Assembly: GCA_017535435.1 (NCBI GenBank)
Contig: JAFXTY010000050.1
Coordinates: 5,211-69,210 of the forward strand
Length of the DNA stretch: 64,000 nt
From: Spirochaetia bacterium
Lineage (GTDB): Bacteria > Spirochaetota > Spirochaetia > CADAEX01
Reading direction: 5' to 3'
Every line of letters begins with the position of its first letter. Position 1 is the stretch's first letter. The notes below the pieces were generated by a model that searched no databases, was not told the origin of the DNA, and saw nothing but the letters and a program-made list of their open reading frames with translations. A program made the position numbers and the translations under genes. Below are positions 46,966 to 56,157 of this stretch, piece after piece.

Positions 46966-48483
46966 ATGTTCAAAAAAGGGTTTGACAATGACTTATATCT
47001 TAAGCTTCAGAGCGAGACAATTCTTGCCAGGATAAAGGATTGCAACAGCGACAAGCTCTATCTGGAATTCGGTGGCAAAATCCTGTTCGACCTCCATGCC
47101 GCCCGGGTTCTGCCCGGTTTCGACCCCAATGTGAAGATGCACCTTCTGGCCAAGATGAAAGACTCTGTGGATGTCATCATGTGCATCTCTGCTCCCGACA
47201 TCGAGAAAAAGAAAGTGAGGGCTGATTTCGGAATCACCTACGACTCCGATGTGATGAAGACCATCGACGACTTCCGGGCCTGGGGCATCTCGGTAAAAGC
47301 TATTGTCATAACCCGATACGACGGACAGCCATCAGCCGACGCCTTCCGCACCACCATGGAAAGCCGGGGAATGAAGGTCTACACCCACAAATTCACCAAA
47401 GGTTACCCTACCGATGTTGACCTGATTGTAAGCGAGCAGGGCTATGGAGCCAACCCATATATCGAGACCGAGAAACCTATAGTTGTAGTGACCGGCCCCG
47501 GCCCAGGAAGCGGTAAGCTGGCCACCTGCCTTTCCCAGATGTACCACGAGCAGAAGCGTGGGGTCAAGGCTGCCTATGCCAAGTTCGAGACCTTCCCTAT
47601 CTGGAACATTCCTCTTAACCACCCTGTGAACAGGGCCTATGAGGCTGCTACTGCGGAACTCAAGGATGTGAACATGATAGATCACTTCCACCTTGAGGCT
47701 TACAATATCAAGACAGTCAACTACAACCGGGATATCGAAGCATTCCCTATTGTCCAGCGGATCATCGAGAAGATCACAAATGCACCATCAGTATACAAAT
47801 CTCCTACAGACATGGGAGTGAACCAGGCTGGAAACGCTATTGTTGACGACGATGTTGTACGCAGAGCAGGGGAACAGGAAGTTATACGCCGTTACTTCCG
47901 GTATGCCTGCGAGCAGGCTCTTGGCTTATGCACTGCCGACACACTGCAGCGTGTGGAGCTTATTATGAATGACATGGGGCTCAGGCAGGAGGACCGGAGC
48001 ACTGTGGTTCCTGCCCGGGAAGCTGCCCAGATCGCAAAAGAGCGGAACAAGGGAAACCGTGGTATCTACAGCGGCGCTGCAATTGAACTGCCGGACGGCA
48101 CTATTGTGACAGGCCATAACTCACCGCTTCTCCACGCCGCATCCAGCGTTGTCCTCTCTGCCACCAAGAAGCTGGCAGGAATACCTGATGAAGTTGAGCT
48201 TCTTCCAAGCACTATCCTTAAATCCCTGGCCGACTTCAAGGAGGATGTCCTTAAGAGTGCATCTGTAAGCCTGAACCTGGAGGAGACCCTCATAGCCTTT
48301 GCCCTGGCTGCCGCCATAAATCCTACTGCCGCATCTGCCCTTAAGAAGCTTAAGGAACTGGAGGGGTGCGAGATCCACATGACCCATGTGCCATCCCCAG
48401 GTGATGCTGACGGACTAAGAAAGTTAGGCTTCCATTCCACCAGCGATGCTGAGTTTGCCACAAAGGCCCTCTACCGCCGATAA
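46966..48483 (+). CDS. DUF1846/UPF0371-like conserved protein
   Basis: About 505 aa. MFKKGFDNDLYLKLQSE N-terminus recalled as typical of DUF1846. Start uncertain (alternative TTG at 46945). Confidence 0.55.
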   Translation: MFKKGFDNDLYLKLQSETILARIKDCNSDKLYLEFGGKILFDLHAARVLPGFDPNVKMHLLAKMKDSVDVIMCISAPDIEKKKVRADFGITYDSDVMKTIDDFRAWGISVKAIVITRYDGQPSADAFRTTMESRGMKVYTHKFTKGYPTDVDLIVSEQGYGANPYIETEKPIVVVTGPGPGSGKLATCLSQMYHEQKRGVKAAYAKFETFPIWNIPLNHPVNRAYEAATAELKDVNMIDHFHLEAYNIKTVNYNRDIEAFPIVQRIIEKITNAPSVYKSPTDMGVNQAGNAIVDDDVVRRAGEQEVIRRYFRYACEQALGLCTADTLQRVELIMNDMGLRQEDRSTVVPAREAAQIAKERNKGNRGIYSGAAIELPDGTIVTGHNSPLLHAASSVVLSATKKLAGIPDEVELLPSTILKSLADFKEDVLKSASVSLNLEETLIAFALAAAINPTAASALKKLKELEGCEIHMTHVPSPGDADGLRKLGFHSTSDAEFATKALYRR

Positions 48484-48555
48484 TTGTTCTTGCTAAAAAA
48501 TCTCAGTAGTAATATATTAATTATAATAGGCTAATACCTATATAAGGAGTTCTCA

Positions 48556-51500
48556 ATGCAGAGCGTAGGAATCAATATTGGTTCTTCCAGCTTGAAGATA
48601 GCTTGCGTTGCAGATGGTAAGCTTTTGTGGGCTGAGAGTATTCCCCACGAGGGCAATTTCCACGATGCGGCAGAAAAAATATTAGAAGCTCATCCCATTG
48701 AAAAAGGGGCAAGAGCATTGGCAACCGGAACAGAGGGACGTTTTCTCTTCTCTGTCAACAAGACTGTGGAGCCTCTCTGTATTGAAGAGGCCCTGAAGGA
48801 GCTTAAGCTCAAGGCAGATGCCATTGTCTCCCTGGGCGGTGAGGATCTGGTAGTCTACACCCTCAATGACGAGGGAAGAATCATAAACAACTTCTCCGGC
48901 AGCAAGTGTGCCTCCGGAACTGGAGAGTTCTTCAAGCAGCAGCTTGCCCGTATGGACATGAAGCTGGAGGATGTGAACGGTGTTCCAGACACAGCCCGTA
49001 TACTTGAGCTTTCAACAAGATGCTCGGTATTCATGAAGAGCGACTGCACCCACCGGCTCAACAAGGGCGAGGCAACTAAAGAGGATATTGTCCTTTCCCT
49101 CAGCAATGTGATGGCTGTGAAGGTCATCGACTTCCTCAAGAAGGCAAGAATAAGCAAGGGCAAGGTCATCCTTGTGGGTGGAATCACCAGGAACCGCCAT
49201 ATCATCCGGTTCATCAAGGAGAAGGCTCCTGATATCGAATTTATCATCCCGGAGGAGGCATCTTACTTCGAGGCCCTGGGTGCCGCATATCTGGCAGCTA
49301 AGGATGGAAGCCCGATGCCGGAGCCAGGCAAGCTCATCACAAAGAATAAGGTAAGCTTCACCCACCTTGAGAGCCTTAAGACACAGCTTTCCAAGGTCAC
49401 ATACTTCCCTGCAAAGCATGGCAAGACAGTTGCAGGCAGAGAATACATACTGGGAGTGGACGGCGGTTCCACAACCACCAAGGCATGTCTTATCGACATG
49501 GAGACAGACGAGATAACTGCATCCTTCTACGGCCGTACCCATGGCGACCCGGTGAAGGCTCTCAAGCAGTGTCTCCAGGAAATCAAAAAGCAGGTCAAAG
49601 CCGATATCGGTGACGGCAAAATCAATATAACACTGGCATCAACCACAGGCTCATCCCGGGAGATTCTGGGAGTGTTCCTGGAGACACCGGCTGTATACAA
49701 CGAGATTATCGCCCACACCGAGGGAACCACATACTTCTCCAACGATGTGGACACTATCTTCGAGATCGGCGGTCAGGATGCAAAATATGTGCTCCTCAAG
49801 AACAAGGTTCCTATCGACTATGCCATGAACGAGGCCTGCTCTGCAGGTACAGGATCCTTCCTTGAGGAATCTGCCTCCGGAGACCTTAACATTGCCCATG
49901 CATGGGAGATCGGGGACATTGCCCTTGAGGCAGAGAACCCGCTTAAGTTCGGCGAGCACTGCTCTGCCTTCATCAACTCAGATATCCGCAAGGCTATCCA
50001 GCAGGGTGCAACACGGGCCGACATCACAGCAGGTATTGTCACATCCATAGTCTCCAACTACCTTAACAGAGTTGTGGGAAACAGGACTGTGGGCAACAAG
50101 ATATTCCTCCAGGGTGGAGTTGCCAAGAACAAGGCTATCCCACTGGCCTTCGCACTCCTTTTAGGCAAGGAGATTCTGGTGCCGCCAGATCCTGAGCTCA
50201 TGGGCTGCTTCGGCGTAGGCCTTCTGGCAAAGCAGAAGTTCAAAGAGGGGCTTATTTCCAAGGCAACCTTCGACATCGACAAGATCCTTGAGACTGAGAT
50301 CATCTATGAGAGCGAGTTCAAGTGCAAATCCTGCGAGAACCAGTGCCCTATCCGTATCCTCAAGGTAAACGGCAACAAGTATATGTTCGGCGGCCGGTGC
50401 TCCAAGTACACCAACTCCAGGAAGAAGAAGCTGTTCGACGAGTCCAAGATCCGGAACTTTGTGGATGAGCGCAACGACCTTATGTTCAAGACCTTTGCTC
50501 CGGACGAGGCCAGCTTTGTGAAGAAGAGGGACTACACTGTAGGTATTCCCAAGGCATTCTCTGTCTATACGCTCTATCCCTTCTACTCCTGGTATTTCCA
50601 CCAGCTGGGAATAAAGACAGTGCTTTCAGACAAGGTGCCCCACTCCGGTGTTGCCAGGGTTGAGTCCACCTACTGTTTCCCTGCGGAGATTGCCCACGGT
50701 GCGGTTCAGGATATCCTGGACAAGCATACAGACTACATATTCCTGCCTCATTACCGGGACATGCCCAGCCACGAGAGCGACATACACGCAAACTTCTGTC
50801 CTATTACCCAGAGCCTGCCATACTACATAAGAAAGGCTTTCCCCGAGATTCCCGAGGAGAAGATCCTTTCACCTGTAGTAAGCTTCAGAACTGGACTGGA
50901 CAAGGCTATAGAGTTCTTTATCCAGTTGGGAGAGAAACTGGGATTCACTGCTGCCGAAGCTAGAGATGCCTTCAATGTGGCACTTAAGAAGCAGAATGAG
51001 TATCAGGAGGCTGCATTCAAGCTGGGCGAGGAAGCTTTGGAATATGCCAAGAGTCAGAAACAGCCTGTCATTGCACTTCTGGGCCGTCCATATAACGCAT
51101 TTGCCAAAGAGGCAAACATCGGTATCCCACGGAAGTTCACAAGCCGTGGCAACACAGTCATTCCGTTTGATATCCTGCCTATAGGCAACAAGAAAATATT
51201 CCCGAATATGTACTGGTACTATGGCCAGAAGGATATGCACACTGCCTTCAATATGAAGGAGAACCCTAACATATTTGTCACCTGGGTCAGCAACTTCTCC
51301 TGTGCACCAGACTCTTTCATGCTCCACTACCTTAAGTGGATAATGGGGACCAAGCCGTTCCTGGTGCTGGAGCTGGATTCCCACTCTGCAGATGCAGGTG
51401 TGGACACCCGTGTTGAGGCATTCCTGGATATTATCGAGGGCTACCGCCTGAAGTACAGCGGAAAGGACGAGGAGCGCTATGACAACGGCCTCCGGTTTGT

Positions 51501-52833
51501 GAACGACGGCAAGAGCGAGCCCCATCTCCATAACGAGCATACAGGTGAGGATATTGCTATCCGCGGCAACAAGAAGGTGAAGATTCTCCTCTCCAACATG
51601 GGTGATATCTCTGCCAGGTCCATGGCTGCCACAGCCCAGTCCCTGGGCTTCAATGCCGAGGCTGTTCCTATTCCGACACCACGGACACTGCGTTTTGCCC
51701 GGAACCATGCATCTGGAAAGGAGTGTGTTCCTTCCCTGCTGCTTCTGGGTTCAATGCTTGAGTATTTTGCATCTGACAAATACGACAAGAGTACCACATA
51801 TATGATATTTGTCCCCATAACTACAGGGCCATGCCGTACAGGCCAGTACTTTGTCTTCTACCAGAACCTGTTCCGGGACCTTAGGCTTGAGAACGTGGTT
51901 GTATTCACCTTGAGTGCAGACCACTCATATTCAGAACTTGGGGCAGGATTCTCCAAGATTATGTGGTGGGCATTGTGTGCCGCCGACTATCTTAAGGATA
52001 TTCAGACAGTTCTCCGTACCTGTGCCAAGGACAGAACATATGCCATGGCCGAGGTTCAGGAAGGTGTCAAGTATGTCCTTGAGGAGGCCAGAAAGAGCTG
52101 GAAGAACATAGTTCCGGCCCTTAAGGTGTTTGCTGACAGGGTCAAGAAAATTCCGCTAAAGAAAGATCCAGCCACCTGTCCGAAGGTTCTGGTTGTGGGC
52201 GAAATCTATGTGCGCCGTGATGACTATGCAGTGGACGAGATTATCAGATCCTGTGCAGATAAAGGCATTATAGCCAAAGTTTCCGGCATAGGGGAGTGGA
52301 TCCACTATACCGACTTTGTGCAGGAGTACTTCCTTAAGCGGGAGCGGACAGTATTCCCATGGTATAAGAAGATATTCAGCGACAACACCAAAAAGCTGCT
52401 TGTTCTTAAGCTTGCAGAAGCCTGGAAGGAGTCTACCGAGGCTAAGATAAGAGAGGCACTGGAGCCCTGTGGCCTGATACCAAAGTCGCCTCACGATATG
52501 AAGAAGATTATGGCCAATACCCTCAAGTTTGTAAGCTACGAGCTTAACTCCGAGATCTCCATCTCCAGCGGTGCAGCTGCTACAGCTATGGAAGAAGGTT
52601 ATTCCGGCGTTGTTAATATATCTCCATTTGCATGTCTTATCGGACGTGTCATCGAAGGGCTCTATATGCCATATGCACGGCAGCACAAGTATCCAGCTAT
52701 CTCCATAGAGATTGACGGCAACCAGCTGCCTCCGAACATTATCAATAAGCTTAACATCTTTATGCTCAATGTCATCAGGTACAAAGAGAATCCAGGTGTA
52801 GCAGAGCTGATTGATTACGAGGATGAGAAGTAG
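48556..52833 (+). CDS. giant CoA-substrate-specific enzyme activase (two BadF/BadG/BcrA/BcrD ATPase domains) fused to a 2-hydroxyacyl-CoA-dehydratase D-component-like domain
   Basis: 1425 aa. Two acetate/sugar-kinase-fold ATPase domains (MQSVGINIGSSSLKIA..., second LGVDGGSTTTKACLI...). Cys pairs and a dehydratase-like C-terminal region of about 800 aa. Confidence 0.8.
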   Translation: MQSVGINIGSSSLKIACVADGKLLWAESIPHEGNFHDAAEKILEAHPIEKGARALATGTEGRFLFSVNKTVEPLCIEEALKELKLKADAIVSLGGEDLVVYTLNDEGRIINNFSGSKCASGTGEFFKQQLARMDMKLEDVNGVPDTARILELSTRCSVFMKSDCTHRLNKGEATKEDIVLSLSNVMAVKVIDFLKKARISKGKVILVGGITRNRHIIRFIKEKAPDIEFIIPEEASYFEALGAAYLAAKDGSPMPEPGKLITKNKVSFTHLESLKTQLSKVTYFPAKHGKTVAGREYILGVDGGSTTTKACLIDMETDEITASFYGRTHGDPVKALKQCLQEIKKQVKADIGDGKINITLASTTGSSREILGVFLETPAVYNEIIAHTEGTTYFSNDVDTIFEIGGQDAKYVLLKNKVPIDYAMNEACSAGTGSFLEESASGDLNIAHAWEIGDIALEAENPLKFGEHCSAFINSDIRKAIQQGATRADITAGIVTSIVSNYLNRVVGNRTVGNKIFLQGGVAKNKAIPLAFALLLGKEILVPPDPELMGCFGVGLLAKQKFKEGLISKATFDIDKILETEIIYESEFKCKSCENQCPIRILKVNGNKYMFGGRCSKYTNSRKKKLFDESKIRNFVDERNDLMFKTFAPDEASFVKKRDYTVGIPKAFSVYTLYPFYSWYFHQLGIKTVLSDKVPHSGVARVESTYCFPAEIAHGAVQDILDKHTDYIFLPHYRDMPSHESDIHANFCPITQSLPYYIRKAFPEIPEEKILSPVVSFRTGLDKAIEFFIQLGEKLGFTAAEARDAFNVALKKQNEYQEAAFKLGEEALEYAKSQKQPVIALLGRPYNAFAKEANIGIPRKFTSRGNTVIPFDILPIGNKKIFPNMYWYYGQKDMHTAFNMKENPNIFVTWVSNFSCAPDSFMLHYLKWIMGTKPFLVLELDSHSADAGVDTRVEAFLDIIEGYRLKYSGKDEERYDNGLRFVNDGKSEPHLHNEHTGEDIAIRGNKKVKILLSNMGDISARSMAATAQSLGFNAEAVPIPTPRTLRFARNHASGKECVPSLLLLGSMLEYFASDKYDKSTTYMIFVPITTGPCRTGQYFVFYQNLFRDLRLENVVVFTLSADHSYSELGAGFSKIMWWALCAADYLKDIQTVLRTCAKDRTYAMAEVQEGVKYVLEEARKSWKNIVPALKVFADRVKKIPLKKDPATCPKVLVVGEIYVRRDDYAVDEIIRSCADKGIIAKVSGIGEWIHYTDFVQEYFLKRERTVFPWYKKIFSDNTKKLLVLKLAEAWKESTEAKIREALEPCGLIPKSPHDMKKIMANTLKFVSYELNSEISISSGAAATAMEEGYSGVVNISPFACLIGRVIEGLYMPYARQHKYPAISIEIDGNQLPPNIINKLNIFMLNVIRYKENPGVAELIDYEDEK

Positions 52834-53689
52834 AAAGTTTTTGATACTGCTGGTTCTTTGCCTGGGAATATTGTTTTCTGCCCAGGCAGAGCCGGTAGTA
52901 AGTTATCTGGGGCCACAGGGCACCTATTCTCAGGAAGCCTGTCAGGTTTTCTTCGGTCAGCAGGGAGAATTCCTTCCTTTTGAGAGCGTAAGTAAAGCAG
53001 TTCAGTCTCTGGTCGAGGGTAAATGCGATTATGCGGTGATTCCTCAGGAGAACACAATCGGTGGTGCTGTCCTTGATTATGTTGATGTGCTGATAGCTCA
53101 TAAAGAAGTCTATGTCTGTGGCGAGGTGGAGCTCCTTATAAGTCAGAACCTTTTAGCCATTCCTGGCACAAAGCCGAGTGATATTAAAGAAGTTTTCTCC
53201 CATAAGCAGGGCATTATACAGGGTCGGGAATGGCTTGATAAAAACATTCCTGATGCAAAGGTGACCGAGGTCTCAAGCACGGCGGAAGGGGCACGGCTGG
53301 TTTCTGAAAAGGGGGATTCATCTTATGCGGCTATTTCATATGCAGCCTGTGCTGGTGTGTATGGCCTTGAGATTCTTGCCCCGGGTATCCAGAACAATAA
53401 CAGCAACAAGACCCGCTTCTATGTGCTTTCCGTAGAAAAGCCTGTATCCGGATCTGGTGAGAGGATTGCATTTATTGCTTCGGGAGATGCAAAAAGTCTG
53501 CCTGCTCTTATGGCAGATATGAAAAAGAAAAAGATGACACTGGTCACAATTCACGACTGCCCCAAGAAGACAGAACTGGGAGAATATTATTACCTTATTG
53601 AATGTACCGGATCATATAAAAGCTATCAGAAGCTGGCAGGAAAAAGCAGTTTTGACCTGCGCTACCTGGGCAGTTTTGATGTACGCTGA
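52823..53689 (+). CDS. prephenate dehydratase (PDT plus ACT-like domain) with N-terminal signal peptide
   Basis: Start at ATG 52823 (MRSRKFLILLVLCLGILFSAQA|EP). PDT signatures LGPQGTYSQEA, NKTRFYVLS and STAEGAR. C-terminal ACT-like segment. Confidence 0.7.
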   Translation: MRSRKFLILLVLCLGILFSAQAEPVVSYLGPQGTYSQEACQVFFGQQGEFLPFESVSKAVQSLVEGKCDYAVIPQENTIGGAVLDYVDVLIAHKEVYVCGEVELLISQNLLAIPGTKPSDIKEVFSHKQGIIQGREWLDKNIPDAKVTEVSSTAEGARLVSEKGDSSYAAISYAACAGVYGLEILAPGIQNNNSNKTRFYVLSVEKPVSGSGERIAFIASGDAKSLPALMADMKKKKMTLVTIHDCPKKTELGEYYYLIECTGSYKSYQKLAGKSSFDLRYLGSFDVR

Positions 53690-53694
53690 CTAAC

Positions 53695-54249
53695 TTATCT
53701 CTCCTTTTCCGATACAAAGCAGGCTACCAGCCCGTAGATAAGTGTAGGGCGGATCCAGATTTCTGTAAGCATATAGTTGGTATATTCATTGATTGGATTG
53801 AGGTAGATGACATAGTTGTACAGTCCTGCAATGGCTGTATCAATGATGAAAAGAAGCCACAGATTGCGTTTGGTGTAACTCTTCCAGTCCTTGCGGGCAT
53901 AGAAGAAAGTCAGCAGCAGGAGCAGCATCACCGATAGCGTAAGGCAGACCAACTGGAGTGGGTAACTTTCCAGTGGCGGCGGAAAAAGGATATCCCGCAG
54001 CAGTACTGTAATGCCTACGAATACCGAGCTCCAGTAGTTGAAACGCTGGCTGTCCAGCCGTCTAAAGAAGTACAACGCCATCATCACCAGGCAGGCGATA
54101 TAGCACAGGTTAAGCACCAGTTCGGGCCATGCCTCGGCCAGACCGAAATGCTTTATTCCATAGAGCATTATGCCTACCGAGAGCACAGCCGCTACAGCGG
54201 TAAATCCAATGTCTATGATCTGTGATTTCTTTCTGAATCTTGTTTCCAT
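53695..54249 (-). CDS. hypothetical polytopic membrane protein
   Basis: 184 aa with about 5 predicted TM helices. Last gene of the minus-strand operon, 1 nt after the RsbW-like gene. Confidence 0.45.
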   Translation of the reverse strand: METRFRKKSQIIDIGFTAVAAVLSVGIMLYGIKHFGLAEAWPELVLNLCYIACLVMMALYFFRRLDSQRFNYWSSVFVGITVLLRDILFPPPLESYPLQLVCLTLSVMLLLLLTFFYARKDWKSYTKRNLWLLFIIDTAIAGLYNYVIYLNPINEYTNYMLTEIWIRPTLIYGLVACFVSEKER

Positions 54250-54250
54250 G

Positions 54251-54670
54251 CTATCTTGAAAATACTTTTGTCATATTAAGGATATTCTTACCATCCCTGT
54301 ATGTATAGCTCATATCATCAACTTTCTGCCTGGAATAAAAAATGCCAAGACCGCCTATAGGCTTGTCTTCCACAGCAAGGCTTGTATCCGGCCCGTCTTG
54401 TTCCAGCGGATTGAATGGTATTCCGCTGTCTGTAATGGTGATACAGGCTTTGTTTTCTTCCGGGTAGAGGAGAAAGTTTATGGCAACGTTTCCACCGTTT
54501 TCGCCGTAGGCATAGCTTGCTATGTTTATGAAAAGCTCTTCCAGCACCATCTTTATCTGCATGAACTCTTTTTGGGGACATGAAAGCAGAGAAAGGCTTT
54601 CTGTTACGAAAGCAAACACTTTGTTGAGATTTTCTTTCTGTGCTGCTATTTCCAGTATTTTTTCAATCAT
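54251..54670 (-). CDS. RsbW/SpoIIAB-like anti-sigma regulatory Ser kinase (HATPase)
   Basis: 139 aa. MVLEELFINIASYAY (N-box-like), ITDSGIPF (G1) and GGLGI (G2) motifs. Confidence 0.7.
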   Translation of the reverse strand: MIEKILEIAAQKENLNKVFAFVTESLSLLSCPQKEFMQIKMVLEELFINIASYAYGENGGNVAINFLLYPEENKACITITDSGIPFNPLEQDGPDTSLAVEDKPIGGLGIFYSRQKVDDMSYTYRDGKNILNMTKVFSR

Positions 54671-54681
54671 AATTACACCTC

Positions 54682-56133
54682 CTATGCCATATGAATAAGC
54701 AGCATGGTGATGTCGTCAAACTGCTCTGTCTGAGATGCAAATGCATCCACATCCTGTTTGATTCCCAAAAGGAAAGATTCCTCTCCCCGGTTGTCCAGCC
54801 TGTTCAGCGTTGCAATCAGGCGGCTGTCTCCGTATAGACCGCCTTCTGAATTGTGAGCTTCGGTGACGCCGTCGGTGTATAAGAAGATAGTGTCACCGCT
54901 CTGCAGCTCCAGTGTCGATTCCTTGTATACGGTGCCTTCCATGCCGGCCAGCATAAGCCCATGACGCTTCTTTAAGAATTCAAAGTCCCCTCCGGATTTT
55001 GCAAAACATGGCGAATTATGCCCGGCATTGGTATAAGTGATCAGGTGGGTCTCTGTATCCAGAATTCCTATCCAGGCGGTGGCAAACATCTCTTCTGTAT
55101 TGTTCTCGCATAACATGCGGTTAACATCGGTAAAAATCTCGGCTGTAGAACGCTTCATGGAGGCATGGTCTTTTATCATAGTCTTTACAGTCATCATAAA
55201 GAGGGCAGCTGGTACACCTTTTCCTGATACGTCGGCTATTACAAAGCCGATATGGTTGCTGTCTATCTCGAAAAAGTCGTAGAAATCGCCACCCACTTCC
55301 TTTGCAGTATCCATGGATGCGTATATCTGGACATCCGGGTGGGACAGCAGGATATGGTTTACCGAGGGGAGCGAGCCGTACTGTATATTTGCCGCAATGT
55401 TCAAATCGGCTTCCACGGTGGCTATCCGGCTCTGGCTTTTTACCACAGTATCGGTGTTAAGGTTAGTGATAAGGTAGACAAGAGGATAAGAAAACATACA
55501 GCTGGTAATAAAAAAATCATTATTGCCTTTTAAAATATAATACTGAATAGAATAGATAAAAAAGATGAGCACAAGAAAAATAGTAAAGTGGATTGCAGTA
55601 CGATAGTTTTCTGTGTGTTTTTTTCGTTCTTTGATTATAGTTCGTGCTACCAGAATAATTGGAGTCAGGGTATACAGGAAAAATACTGGTGCAAAAATAT
55701 AGTTATAGGCAGGCAGGAACTGTATCATATTCTCTTCATCCACCATGTAGAGAAAGTGAGTCCAGGGCATAGTAATGCAGAGCAGCATCACTATGCAACC
55801 AGGGATAATATATAATAGCCATACTTTATGGATGACCAGGCCGAACCGTTCATGTACATAGCAGTTTATGAGGGAGCAGATTATAAAAAGCGTCATGGTA
55901 TACAACCCCCATATCAGGTAGTTGAGTGCCACCATTATGACTCCCCCTCCAGTCACAAACCCTGAAAACGCATCTAAAAGGGACATAAGAATGATTGAGA
56001 GCAGCAGAAGGGTAAGCTTGTCGGAAAAACCCATTTTATACAGCACAATGTTGTTGTAGAGAAGAATGAACAGCAGAAAGAGCGAGAAGATAACCAGCTC
56101 ATAGTAGAGGGCATCTGTTGTCAGAATATCCAT
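54682..56133 (-). CDS. PP2C-family Ser phosphatase (RsbU/SpoIIE-like) with N-terminal polytopic membrane domain
   Basis: 483 aa. About 8-10 TM helices, then a PP2C core (GGDFYD, VIADVSGKG, LYTDGVTEA metal-binding Asp motifs). Confidence 0.8.
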   Translation of the reverse strand: MDILTTDALYYELVIFSLFLLFILLYNNIVLYKMGFSDKLTLLLLSIILMSLLDAFSGFVTGGGVIMVALNYLIWGLYTMTLFIICSLINCYVHERFGLVIHKVWLLYIIPGCIVMLLCITMPWTHFLYMVDEENMIQFLPAYNYIFAPVFFLYTLTPIILVARTIIKERKKHTENYRTAIHFTIFLVLIFFIYSIQYYILKGNNDFFITSCMFSYPLVYLITNLNTDTVVKSQSRIATVEADLNIAANIQYGSLPSVNHILLSHPDVQIYASMDTAKEVGGDFYDFFEIDSNHIGFVIADVSGKGVPAALFMMTVKTMIKDHASMKRSTAEIFTDVNRMLCENNTEEMFATAWIGILDTETHLITYTNAGHNSPCFAKSGGDFEFLKKRHGLMLAGMEGTVYKESTLELQSGDTIFLYTDGVTEAHNSEGGLYGDSRLIATLNRLDNRGEESFLLGIKQDVDAFASQTEQFDDITMLLIHMA

Positions 56134-56157
56134 ATAACATCTCCTTCTTTTTAATCG

